NCBI RefSeq assembly: GCF_018350175.1
Contig: NC_058369.1
Coordinates: 5,458,001-5,522,000 of the forward strand
Direction: 5' to 3'
From: Felis catus
Taxonomy: Eukaryota
DNA length: 64,000 nt
The position numbers and the translations under genes were made by a program. Below are positions 1 to 59,560 of the stretch, one piece after another. Under the pieces are notes generated by a model that ran no database searches, had not been told where the DNA came from, and saw only the letters and a list, made by a program, of their open reading frames with translations. Each line of letters starts with the position of its first letter. Positions within the stretch are counted from its first letter, which is position 1.

Positions 1-1929
1 GAGGCAGGATGGTGACCTCAGTGAGGGTGCCATGTTGTTGTTCCTGACCGTGTGTCCCCAGTACCTGGGCCACCACCCGGCACAACATGGTGCTCAATGA
101 GTGCTCAAAAGTCTGTCCCCCAGGATTCCCTGCAAAAGCCGGGGCAAGCCCATCCCCCAATCAATCCTTGAGACCAGGACATTGGGGGATGTGGGAGTGG
201 CTTAGGGCCCAGTCACATGCCCTATCCAGACCCCACCCAGAGGGGAGAGGGAGAGACCCCAAGGGACATCTGGGGCTGCAGCTTGGTAGGGAGGAGGAAC
301 TGAGGCAAAAGAACCAGTTTCACCGAATCATTAGAAGAGGTTTATAGCTAGTAAGTGGCAGAGCCTGGGAGCTCCTGACTCAAAGCAGCCCTGAAATTCC
401 CAGTGCTGTCTGGTGGCCACCCAGTCCAGACTGGGGACTGTGGCTCGGTGGCTGCAGCCCGCGGGGCTGAAGGTGAGAGCTTTGCAGCATCAGGGCAAAG
501 TGAGGAGGGCAAGGCGGCCACGTCTCTGATGGACAAAGAGGGAAATGGAAGGCAGCTCAGGGTGGGCTCCGGGGGGGGGGGTCCTCCGGTAGTGCAGGGG
601 ACTGAAGACCGAGACCCAAGCTGGCTTACTGGGACTGGTTCCTCGGCTGGGGGAGTGGGTAGCCAACCCAAGGGTGGCCTGTCCCTCTGGTCTGGCCAGG
701 GGTGAGAATGGGGCAGAGGTGGAGCCAGCGGAGATCTCCAATCTCATAGGAGCTCCAGGAAGAGTCTGGTATTTATGGAGTACCTGCTGTATGCAGGAGC
801 CCTGACCTCACATCCCAAATTCAGGACAAAAGAAACAAATGTTCGCTGTTGAATGAATCCCTCTCCCAGCCGCCTGTAAGGTTGCCATTAGCCACCCGGT
901 GGGGATCAGGAAACCAAGACTCAGAGAGGGCCAAGGGCAAGGCAAGGCCAGGCCAGGCCAGGCCAGGGTCTGCCTAGTTCCCTGGGGTCAGGCCTGGAAA
1001 ATGCCTTGGAACTGAGAGGTTGGGGGTCACTGCCCTGCCCCCCCCCCCCCGCAGCACTAACCCCTGGCCAGGCACCCAAAGGCCTCTGGGGCAACCGGCC
1101 ACACCTCGGTGTGCATTTTCACTCCTGCCCTGACTGTGCAGGTCAGCCCCATTCATGTGCTAGCTCCACATCGATGGAGAACTCACCCAGGGGTGAAAGC
1201 AACTCACTGGGGCCCTGCTCCCATCAAACTTTCACCCTCCCCATCTCTGACCTCAGTTTTTTCTTCTGCGAAATGGAACCAGCCAGGCCCAGGGCAGGTC
1301 AAGCCCCCAGAGGGGAGCTCCAGGAGGGCAGGGGCGGGCTGACATTTATCCAGCCGCCCCGGGCACCGTGCCTGGCACACGGGTGGTGCCCAATAAATGC
1401 TTGTTTGAGCAGGACTAGCCCTCAATAAATAACAGCTGTTGTCGATGCTGGCGGTGCCGGCGACGGAGTGGGCTCTCCCCTCCCCCACCCCTCCACCCGG
1501 CTCCCCCCTCCCCTCGGCTCCCCACGCCTTCCCCCGTACCCCCCACGCGACGGTGCCTCCTCCTCCATCCCCCACCTCCTCCCGCCTCTTTCCATTCAAT
1601 CTCCCCTCCCCCCACCCCTCCTCCTCTCTCTCCTTTTCCCCTTACCCCTACCCAATTCTTCCTCCCTCCCCTCCCCCACCCCGCCTCTCTCCCCTCCCCC
1701 ACCTGCCACCTTACTCTCCCCGCCCCCACCGCAGCCCCTCTCCCCGCCCGCCGTTTCCCACCCCGGCCTCCCCCCCCTCCAGCCCCCAAGGCGGGGCCGG
1801 TCCGGGCGGGGCCGCCCGAGCTCCCGGGTCCCTGGCTCGGGTCCAGCCCGCGGCCCAGGCCGGGCGGCGGCGGCGGCGGGCGGGGTTCTGGCCTCGCGCG
1901 GTTTGGGGGTTTTTTATAACCCTGGCAGG

Positions 1930-2062
1930 CGGCTCAGGAAGTGCCTTCCCCGCGCCCCCTCCCCCGGCCACGCCGCCGCGCTCGCTCCCTCCCTTCCTGC
2001 GCAGGGCGGCGAGACGGCGGCGGAGACGGCGGACGGAGGCCCGGGCGGGCGGGCGGCCGCAG
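1930..2062 (+). other. ADAMTS10: ADAMTS10 putative non-coding exon 1 (5' end approximate)
   Basis: CAG|GTAAAG donor at 2062/2063 in a CpG island, downstream of TTTATAA (1913-1919). Confidence 0.65.
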
Positions 2063-2290
2063 GTAAAGGCGCGGGCGGCGCGGCGGGGAGCGGGCTCCGC
2101 GGGCCCCGGCGGGCGCCCGGGGGGAGGGGGCCGGGGCGCGGCGGCGGGGGAGGGGGGGTGACCTTGCGCGTCCGCGTCGGGCGGGGACGGCTGCGGGCCC
2201 GGGCCGGTTGGACCGTCCAGCCTCGGGGCTTGTGTCGGCGTGCGGCGTCCCAAAGTGTGTGCGACCCCGAGGTCGTGCGGGCGACCGTCT

Positions 2291-2292
<2 letters not shown>

Positions 2293-2332
<40 letters not shown>
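2293..2332. repeat. (GT)20 microsatellite in a degenerate GT-rich tract (2230-2950)
   Basis: Read directly. Confidence 0.95.
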
Positions 2333-2335
<3 letters not shown>

Positions 2336-3542
2336 CATCCACGTATGTGTGAATGCGGTGAGTGTGCATGCGCGTGTCTGCATGAAAATGCCTCGGAGTG
2401 TCTGGGTGTGTTTGAGTCTGCGTGTGAGCCATCGTAAGGGGTGTTGTGCGTGTGCATAGGTGTGTGTGTAAGCCGTTGTGTGCACGTAGTTTCATGTCCG
2501 CTGTGGATGTAAACGTCCAGTGAGTGTGCGCGTGTCTCCGTGCCGTCTCCGGGTGTGTCTGAGTGTAACAAGTGTGTAAGTGCCCGGATGGGAGTGCACT
2601 TGGGGTGAATGTCGTTCTGTGGGACTCTGTGAGTTCGTCCCTTGTCTGGCGTGAGTGCGTGAACGAGTGTGTACGTGTAGGTGTGCGTAGGCCCGAGTGT
2701 GCGTTCGTCTCCGGGCTGTCTCGCGTGTGTGAATGAGCGTGTGCGTGAGTGTGCCCGTAGGTCCGGGGAGCGTGTGGCTGCGTGTCTTGTGTGTTCGCCT
2801 CCGGGTGCGGGTTCCGAGGGCGCCGCTGTGTGTGGGGACGGGAGTCCTTTGTGGGTCCGCGGTGTCCGGTTGTTGGTCCCCGGCTGCGCAGGTGTGGCCA
2901 CCCTCGAGTGTGCGCGTCGCTCGCCAGTGTGTGTGTTTGTGTCTGGGTGTGGGAGCGGCACCTCCCACTTCCCTTGCGTCGGTCACCGAGGCCACAGCCG
3001 TCTGTCTCCGAGCGCCTCCAGCCCCTCGGGCTCAGGGCCTTTAATTAGTGGCTGGGTGAGGGGCACCCGCCGGGGCGCCGGCCCCCTCCTCCCGCAGGCC
3101 GCGGGCGGGCCTTTGTCTGCTCTCCCGGCAGGGTCTGCCTCCCGCCCAGCCAGATGTGCAGCGCCCGGAGGAGGCCTCTGCCCGGGCGGCCTCGGCCTTG
3201 GCCCCCACGGAGCGGCCGGGTCTGCCCGGCGCGGCTCCCGGAGCTCTGGGTGCGGAGCGGCGGGTCCATCCCGCATCGCTGGGATGGGATGGGATGGAGC
3301 CTCCGCTGTCTCCCGGCCGCTTCCGCGCGGCCTTTCCTCCTCCGGCGCTGGCACCGGCCCGCGCTGGCCGCCTCCCTCCTGCCTTCTGGAAGGAGGGGCT
3401 GGGAGGAATGGCCAGGCCTGGGCACGCGCCCGTGTGCGTGCGCGCGCACACGGGTACACACACGGCCACACACGGGGTCACATGGGCACACACACCACCG
3501 CACACCAAGCCACATACGTACGTACGGTCCACTTACACGGTT

Positions 3543-3564
3543 ACACACACACACACACACACAC
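3543..3564. repeat. (AC)11 microsatellite
   Basis: Read directly. Confidence 0.95.
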
Positions 3565-4431
3565 AGTCATGCACACATCACAGTGTAGATCCCCCGCTGC
3601 TGCCCCCAGCCAGGCACGGGCCCTGGAACGCCCTAACCTCTGCGGCACCGGCGTCATTCTCTCCCCCAGACCCACTGACCTGTTCCTGACACCCCCAGTG
3701 CTCCGGGCAGGTCACACCTCCCTACACCACCCTGCGGGCTGGGCCACTGGCCCGGATGCTCTGCCCTGCCCTGCCCTGCCCTGCCCTGGCAGACGCCTGT
3801 GAGCCCTCCCCGTCAGACCCCGCCCCTCCACACCCCCCATCCTCACCCATGGGTCCTTCCACACCGTCCCCCATGCCCCAGCAGAGCCAGAAGCGTGAGG
3901 GAGGCTGTGAGGTCTTTGGGAGGAGGGGCCCAGCCCCAGAGGACAGCGGTGAGGACTTCAGAGATGGGCAGCAGGAGAGACTCAAAGGCACCGCAGCCAA
4001 GACCAGAGCCACAGAGCCGCTGCGGGAGAAGATTCCACAGCCGGCGTGGCGGTGCAGGAAAGGAGGAGAGGGACAGGATTGGGGGAAGGGGCTTCCAGCC
4101 TCACTTGCAATCAAAACGCTGCCACCTTGGCATGATGGGGGCGGGGCGGTGGGGGGGTTAAGACAGGAGGAGGCCAGGGCAACTCGACCCAGGAAGGGAT
4201 TTAATCAGAGCTGGTTAGGGTCTCCAGGATGGACTAGGGGACAGAAAGCTAGAGGAGGTAGGGACAGGAGGGAGGAGGGAGCTTTGGTGGGGGACCAGGA
4301 CCTGAAGGATGATCACATCCTCCCAGGGGAGGTTCACCAGGGTCAGGGAGAAGGGCAGAGTGTTCTCGGCCCCCCCTGAACTTCCCACCGAGCCCAGCGG
4401 CCCCCCCCCTCACTGCCCCCTCCCTGTCCAG

Positions 4432-4513
4432 GCACCGAAGAAGAGGCACTGAGGCCCAGAGAGGCTCACGCACAGGTGTCTGATACCACGCCATCGACCG
4501 AAGCCCCCAAAAG
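4432..4513 (+). other. ADAMTS10: ADAMTS10 putative non-coding exon 2
   Basis: Pyrimidine tract plus TCCAG acceptor; AAG|GTAAAA donor. Confidence 0.5.
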
Positions 4514-5880
4514 GTAAAAACAAACGAACGAACAAGGGGTAATCACCTGCCCAGCCGAAGGGAGCAGGAGGGTCCCAGAGTATCTTGGCGTGAACTCCCC
4601 ATTGCTGGAGGGGTACAAGCAAAAGCGGGTAATGTCACCTTCTAAGTCTGCATCTTGTTGATAAACCTGGCTCCCTCCCTCGCGTGCTGAACTGCCCTGT
4701 TTGGGGACCGACTCTCAGACTTGGCCAGGCTGCAAAGAAAACAAGACAGTGTGTGATTAAGGGGGAAACTGCAGAGAGGAGGAGGAGGAGGGTGGAGGCG
4801 GGAGTGGGGAGGAGGGTTTGGCACAGGGTAGTGGCCCCTGGTGGTGTCTGTGTGCAGCAAGCTGGCCCGGGGCCGATGCCAGAGAAACTGAGACCTGCCG
4901 GGCAGGCCTAGAGCTTCCAGAAAGAAGAATCTGAAAGGCGAAGGAGCAGAACCAGGGGCCAGGCTGGAAATACAGGGTTAGAAGAGAGGTCACAGGAACA
5001 GAGGCCACCTGTAGCAGTACCCAGCCCTGCTGGTGGGGTGGAAAGTGCTACCCATGGCAGGGGATCTAATGGTAGGGCTGAGGTCGGACAGGATTAGTAG
5101 GGGGAGCCAAGCACTGGCGTCTGCTTTAATCTGGGCTGAAAATGCCCACTGACCTACACAGCCTTCAAGCGAGTCCCACGCCAGCCTCTCCTCACTGCCT
5201 TCCTGCACCCTCCCCTTCAGGCACTCTGCCCAGACACCCCAGCCGGGCTAGCCATTGTGGTCCTGGGTCCACACCCAGCTCCTCCCTGCCTCAGGGCCTT
5301 TGCCCCTGCTGTTCCTCCGTCTGGGGCGCCTTCTCCTGTCCCTTCACCGGATGAGTTTCTGCTCATCCTCCACACCCCTGCTTCTGAGCCTCCTCGTTCT
5401 TTCTCCTAGAGAACTTGTCACAATCTGAATTCTCCCCATTCGGTCACTCCCAGGAGACCGAGCCCCACGGTGGGCAAGGACAGCCTCCATATCATACGTA
5501 GTCCTTACCCAGGGAAGGAATCCTCAGGATTATTGTGAAAATGAAGTGAAATGGTGCAAAAACGTTCAGGCCAATAGCTGGCACCTCGTAGATGCTCACA
5601 AAGTCGAAATCCCTGTGAATCCTAATAGTACAGGGAGGAAGAGGAGGGTGGGGACAGGGGGACTTCTGAATGAGAAGATGCCTTGGGCATCCTTGGGGCT
5701 GGGAGTGAGGGGCCCTGGCACTGGCTACACTGGGCAGTGGGACCAGGCACCCGCCCCCCCGACCCAACTCCTCCCTCCCAGGAGCCCAGTGATGCTGCCC
5801 AGGCTGTGAACAGGGGAGGCGGTGCTGTGGGGGCTGCCGGCAGCCGGGGCTGGAGAGAGACATGTGGACACGTGGCCTCT

Positions 5881-20996
<15,116 letters not shown>

Positions 20997-21629
20997 GGGG
21001 CGCGCGGGCCCCGGAGCCACAGCTGGGCGCCGGCTGGAGGGGACCATGCCTGCAGCTGGCCAGCCTGAAGGAGCCCGAGGGGGCGGGAGCTGGGTGAGAC
21101 GAAGCCGGAAGTTATTTATTGGGAACCCCTGCAGGGCCCCTGGCTGGGGGGTGGGGAGGGGCTGGCCACCCCCAGGGCCCCTCCTCATCCCCTCTCCCAG
21201 TTCATAGCGAGACCCCCTCCAGGGTGGGTTTGAGGAGGGAACAACTGTTCGCCCTAGCGCCCTTTTCACCCACCCCTGGGGAGCCCCCAATACTGCCCCC
21301 CCTTTGACCGGAATATGTACTGTGAAGAGTGGGGGTGGGGAGGGGGTCTGCCGGTGTCCTGCCCCCAGCACTGCCCTATCCCTCCGCTCTGAGCTGGGGG
21401 GAGGGGGGGGGGTCTATGTCTGCCATGGGGGAGGGGGATTAGCAGCGCCTCCCTGACACCCTCCCCCTGACCAGACCAGCTACAGGGGTGAGGCAGAGCT
21501 GGCAAGATCCACCCCAACCTCTGTCCTGCCTGCCCCAGGGGGACCCCGACATCCAGGCGCCCCCATCATGGTGCTACAGGCCCTGCCCTGGGGCCCACAC
21601 ACCCCTCGCCAGGAAGCCCTCCATCAATC

Positions 21630-21635
21630 AATAAA
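21630..21635 (+). terminator. ADAMTS10: ADAMTS10 polyadenylation signal
   Basis: AATAAA about 630 nt after the stop, followed by GT-rich sequence. Confidence 0.85.
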
Positions 21636-22899
21636 GTTCTGTCTTGTGTAGACTTCCGAGCGTCAATATGTCTGTTCACATTCCGTCCCCGCCACCGAAT
21701 GGATGCGGCCGCGGCCCCTCGCAGGTGGCCCCCATCAGCCCAAAGGGGCCTTTTACCAGCACAGACCAGAGCCCAGTGATTTTACAGCTTCTCAAGGAGG
21801 CGCTCAGAGCTACCCGGTCAGGCACCTGCCATCCCGGCCACCACGTCCCCAGGCCCGGGTCTCGCTCCCGCCCAGCCGCACGCGGCCTGCCAGGCCTCCC
21901 CGAAGTTCCTCAATCTCCCGCCGGCTTCCCATCTCCGGGCCTTTGCTAGACCTGCTTCCTCCGCCAGGTGGTCCCTCCCCTTCCCTTTTCAGCCGGTTAA
22001 CTCCGACTCACCCTTCGGCGTCGGCCCAAGCGTCACCCCCTTGCAGAACCCCCCCTCTGAAGCCTCCGGCAAGGAGAAGGTCCACCTGCCTGCTTGTCCG
22101 CAGGTGCCTGGAGGCACCGCTGAGATTACCCAGCGCCCCCCGCCTGTGCGGGCGATTTCGGGAGAAACTCGCTCCTCCCCAGGTGTGGCCACTAGGGGCC
22201 GCTGCGGCTTGCCGGCCTCGAAGCACGATGCTGTGTTACCGCCAGGAGCGCAGGCTCCCAGGGTCGCCTGCCTCGGCCTCGACCTCCTCCTCCTCCTGGC
22301 CGGGAGGCGCCGACCTCTCCGAACTGCCATGTCCTAAATGTCAAGGGGAGACCGGGAGGTGAGCCAACACCTGATGGGACCCTGTGTGTGCCAGGCCCTG
22401 GGGTGAGAGCCAGCGCCCCCCATTTTATAAGAAAGTGGGGCGCCCCCGAAGTAGCAGGTTGTTAAATCTGGCACCACCCGATGGGTTGTTAAATCCAGAG
22501 CTGACATCCAAAGTCTGGGACCCTAAGAGCTGCCCGTGGCTCCTGGTACTCCTGCACTCCTCGTGACACGGACACACGTGGCCCCCCAAGGCCTTTCTGG
22601 AGGAAGGAGCGGCAGGGGCGGCCCTGGAAGCGGGAGTTTGCTCGGAGATGCCCGAACGGACACACCTCTGAAGTGGTTCTAAAGAGGCCGGGGCCTCCCA
22701 AAAGGTCCCTGATGCCCCCCCTGGAAGAACAGTCAGTCCCGCAGCCAGCTGACCTGCGTGCTGTCAGCCGCAGCCCCTGTCCCCGCAGTTGGAGAAGGGG
22801 CCTTCTGGGGCCCGCCAGCCGCGGCCACCCTTGACCTCTCCCTCCAGGCTGAGCCCCAAGCAGCCCTGCCTCTGCTGCTGGAGCTTTCTCCCCGCCCTG

Positions 22900-23000
22900 G
22901 GGCCCAGCGTCCCTCCTCCCCTGTAGCAGAGGCCCCTCCCGCCAAAGGAAGTGGGAGGGGGGGCTGTTGTAAGAGGAACTAGGCTAGGAGTCCGGTACAG
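22900..23000 (+). promoter_or_regulatory. MYO1F proximal promoter with PU.1/ETS-type sites
   Basis: AAAGGAAGTG (22944-22953) and AAGAGGAACT (22971-22980) upstream of the ATG exon; no TATA box seen. Confidence 0.65.
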
Positions 23001-23103
23001 GAGCAGGAGCAGGGCCATGCCCGAGCCGCCCCCCAGAACGCCCTGAGCCTGGACCCCCGCCACGACCCATTCGGGCGCTCCCCAGGGGTGGCACACCTTC
23101 ACC

Positions 23104-55673
<32,570 letters not shown>

Positions 55674-56025
55674 GAGACGGCCCCGGATTCTGCCTCCTGC
55701 CTGACTGCCTGCCAGGCCCTGCCGGCAGGGGCCTCGTTTTCCTTGGCCGCATTGGCCAGAAGGTCCAGTCCTGTGGCGTCCAGCCCGGCCCAGGCTCTGG
55801 GTCACCATTGGGGCTGGGGTTCACCCCTGCAGTCACCGCAGGGCCCTGGCCTCCCCCAGGTCACACGCATTGCCTCCTGGGTCAAACAGGGCTAACATCA
55901 GAATCTACCTCCCAGCTGCCTTGTGCATATACGTGAGTTGTGTCCCGTGGGCCAAGTGCCAAGCACAGTTGGGGGCACACCTTGACAGGTGAGATCCGCC
56001 CCCCTCTTTCTCTCACCACTGAGGC

Positions 56026-56031
56026 AATAAA
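56026..56031 (+). terminator. MYO1F: MYO1F polyadenylation signal
   Basis: AATAAA about 350 nt after the stop. Confidence 0.8.
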
Positions 56032-57633
56032 CATTGGCCAGGTGAAAGCGTGGATTAATTTACTGAGCGTTCACAAGAACTACCATCTCACAACCCCATG
56101 AGGGAGGTGCCCCAAATATACCCCAATTGCAGGTGAAAAAAAATGGAGGCTGGGAGAAGTTTCATCATGTGCCCAAGATTCCACGGAGCCAAGCCTTGAA
56201 CTCATGTATGCCCCCACCTGGCCTCTCCCAAAGCTGGAGTTTGCTCACTCACTGGCTCACCCACTGTTGGCCATGTGCATCCCTGCTTTCCCGCAGAAAA
56301 TGGTCTGGTGGGTCCTGTCAGCTTTGAATCTGCAGCCCCCAGACCCATCTGGGACCTGCCTGGACCCTGAGGAGGGAGGCAGGTCCCACACAAGCCCTCA
56401 CAATGCACCCTGGGCCACCCCCGGCCCCTGCCCCCCACCCCATGTCTGTGCCCTCTTAGCTCTCACTCACTTGGGGTCAGGACTGGTTCTGATATTCCAT
56501 GGCCCTGGCTTTCTGCACTTACTGTTATGAATTTAGGGGATCAGCCTGGCTACTGGTCTCCCCAGATGTTTCCAAATCAGTGATGGAGTCTGAGCCTTTC
56601 AGAACTCTCTGCAGATACAGCTGGAAACTGCTGGGGGTCCTGCCATGGTCTGAGCGTAAGGATCCTGACTTTCCAGATGGACACCCACTCTGTGCTCAGC
56701 CCTCAAAGAGCAGCCAGTCCAGGAGAGACAGAGCCAGACTCCTGGTGTCAGGACTGGGCCAGAGAAGGGCCAGGGGCAGGGGGAGGGAATGCAGAGAAGG
56801 AGCGGGCGTTGCTGGAGGAGCCAAGAGATGGAAGAAAAGGGTTGGCGTGAGCAGATCTTGATGGCAAACACCACATACACCGATCTCCACTGTGACAGAA
56901 GTCCGGGCAGAGGACACCTACCCCTGGGAGATGAGGTATCAGTGAAAGACTGTCCGGCAGAACCTTCTGCAGGTCTGAACCCTCTCTCTTCTGTACCTAT
57001 CATGGGAAGCTGAGCGGGCTGGAAACAAACAAACAAAAAAATCACAAGGTTGCAACTGGTCCTCACCAACTCTTTTATTAGCCAACAATTATACAAAAGC
57101 ATTTAACCGGTCGCTTGAATGTCCCTGGTTTCCTCTATCTCTGGCATTTGCCCCTCCACTGCCCAACCACCACTGTGTAGCTCTCTATGACACTTAAATG
57201 CTAGGACAGGCTGGGGAGGAACTGCATAAGCCACCAACCTCATCAGCTGGGCATTTCCTGGAGAGGACTCGGGGCTTCCGCCTCCCTTCTCTGTCCCTGA
57301 ACTCACCATGCAGGTTGCCTGCCCCCTTGATATTTTGGGGTACAGCCCTGGGGCCCCATTGCCATGACAGTCAGCCCATTTGCAGGAAGTAGCACATTCT
57401 GGGCCTCACATCTAGGTTACAGCATCTTCAGACTGCAAACCTCAGAATCACCTTGGCCCTGCCCACTCCACAGCCCCACATCCTGTTGACTTCTAGAATT
57501 TCTTAAGCCTGGCCCCTCCTCTCCCTTCCTTGGGTGGCCTGTCCTTCTGAGGCCTCACCCCACCCTTCCCCAGATTGCACCAACCCCCCTCCACACACAA
57601 AGACACCTCCACCCAGCACCAAATGATCTGTTT

Positions 57634-57702
57634 GGGATTTGTGTTAAGTTTATTTATTTTGAGAGAGGGAGAGAGAGAGACAGAGAGAGCAACCAAGGGA
57701 AG

Positions 57703-57754
<52 letters not shown>

Positions 57755-57878
57755 CCCAAGCAGGCTCCATACCCAGTGTAGAGCCCGACACGGGTCTTGA
57801 TCTCGCGAACCATGAGATCATGACCTGAGCCAAAATCAAAAGTTGGATGCTTAACCAACTGAGCCACCCAGGTGCCCC
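57634..57878 (-). mobile_element. Can-SINE with an expanded (AG)23
   Basis: Degenerate TSD CCAAATGATCTG/CCAAATTATCTG; AG repeat at 57706-57751. Confidence 0.92.
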
Positions 57879-58189
57879 AAATTATCTGGTTTTTTTTTTT
57901 TTATGAGTTTTTAACTGTATTAATGACAAATAAAAAAAAAACATTTTTTTTTAAATTCAAACAGCACGTGTGAAAAGTCTGTCTCACCCTCACTTGAAAA
58001 TCTGTTCCCCTCCCCAGTTTTTTAATGTCTCCTTCCAATAGTATCTCTGCATATAAAGGCACATAGGTACATCTTATGTACACAGATGAAAATACATTGC
58101 ACATAAAGTCTATACTTGCCCAGAACTCAAGAGACACCTCTTGAATATTACACAATGTATTATAGAGATCTGAGATCAAAGATCCACTT

Positions 58190-58780
58190 TACCATCCCCC
58201 CAATTGCCCACCCTCCAAACACCCAGGAATCAAATGGTGGACCTCCCCCTGCTAAAAATTCATCAATAGTGAGAACAGAAACCACACTCCTCGCTCTCTC
58301 TCCATGGTTCACGAGGCGCTGTGTGACCTTCCCTGCACCAAGTTCACTTTCTGACCTCCATACCCTGCCTCCACTCTGTTTCAGCAGTAAGCCGATCTCC
58401 TCACTAATCCTTGAAAAAGACAAGCTTGTCTTTCTCCACCTCAGGACATTTGCACCCACTATCCACTTCCCAGAGTCCCCTGACCTTCCATTTGTTCACT
58501 CCTTCCTGACCATCAGATAACAGCTCAAAAGTCAACTCCCAGAGAGGTTTCTCTTCCATGTGTTTTTTTTTTTTTCTTTGTAGCACTTAATATAATCTAA
58601 AATGGTTTTTTGTATTTGTTGATTCATTGTCTGTCTCCCTATTTTAAAATGTGAGCAGGCCCCTGAGGCACAGTCCCTTGCCCTGAGGGCAAGGATGTTT
58701 GTTCTCGGGTACCCAATGCCTAGCATTGGCGCTCAAGGAATGTAGGCGCTCAGTTGGCGCTCAAGGAATGTAGGATGGAT
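58190..58780 (+). mobile_element. L2 3' fragment
   Basis: CTCAGGACATTTGCAC...CAGCTCAAAAGTCA...TGCCTAGCA. Confidence 0.55.
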
Positions 58781-59129
58781 AGGTGACTCATTCCACCCAG
58801 GGCTCTCCATCCTTAAACTACACCTGTCCTGAGGTCAGGTTTCTTGCCCTTGGCTATCACAAGGGGCCCATTTCAACTTCAGAAATAAATTCATATTCTG
58901 AACAATTTTGACGATCATTGGCAATTTCCCTCTAAAGAGGCAGCCCAATCATCACGACCTCTTCAAACAGAAGAACGGCTGTGTGCCCCCCTTCGAGAGC
59001 TGGTGACGGGAAGGGAGGGGATAAAGATACTTATTTTGCAAAGGAGAACAGAGGTTCCGAAGGATTTTAAGCCAGGATCCCTGGGCACAGACTTTTAAAG
59101 GGGAACTCTTTGATAGGCCCGGGCTTGCA

Positions 59130-59560
59130 AACCCGTAGCGAGCGCCGCCTATACGGCTCTCCAGGAGGACCCAGATCCCAGGCTCCGCCCCCTCGGGGGG
59201 CGTCTTGCGCAGGGCCTGCCCCGCTCTCGCGAGAGCTGGCAGGCGGAAAATGGCGCCGACGTGAGCGCGAGCCCGCGGCCGTCCAGGGAGTCGCCACAGC
59301 CTCAGCCGGAGCCGCCGGAGTCGCAGGAACAAGAGGCTGAGCCGGGTCGAGGATGGTGAGCGCGGCGCCGGGGGTTCGGGCGCGACGAACCAGCGGGTAC
59401 TGGCGGGGCGCGGCCCTGTCGCATGCGCACCGTCCGGTCGACCCCGCCCCCACATCCGGGCACTCTCCCGCCGCTGGCTGTCACTTGGGGAAGCACCCCA
59501 CCCCTGCTTCCTGGCCTGGCTTCGACTGGGCCACGCCTACAGCGCTTGGGCTCCGCCCCT
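59130..59560 (+). promoter_or_regulatory. ZNF414 CpG-island promoter
   Basis: GC boxes, TCTCGCGAGA (59225-59234), YY1-type AAAATGGCG (59247-59255), NRF1-like CGCATGCGCA (59420-59429). Confidence 0.8.
59353..59355 (+). CDS. ZNF414: ZNF414 exon 1 coding part (ATG only)
   Basis: AGGATG|GTGAGC in a CpG island; joins in phase 0 to GAG GAG GAA. Confidence 0.85.

Larger units (their letters stand above)
1780..3450. promoter_or_regulatory. ADAMTS10 CpG-island promoter and first intron
   Basis: Dense CpG, GC boxes, (CGG)5 at 1865-1879, TATA-like TTTATAA at 1913-1919. Confidence 0.8.

Noticed and set aside
1439..3802. Long overlapping ORFs (240-416 aa) around the ADAMTS10 promoter
   Set aside because: Pro/Gly/Arg and CV/TH low-complexity translations of a CpG island and microsatellites, with no recognisable domain
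58726..58774. 21-bp direct repeat with a 7-bp spacer
   Set aside because: A two-copy local duplication in an L2 remnant; not a CRISPR-like array
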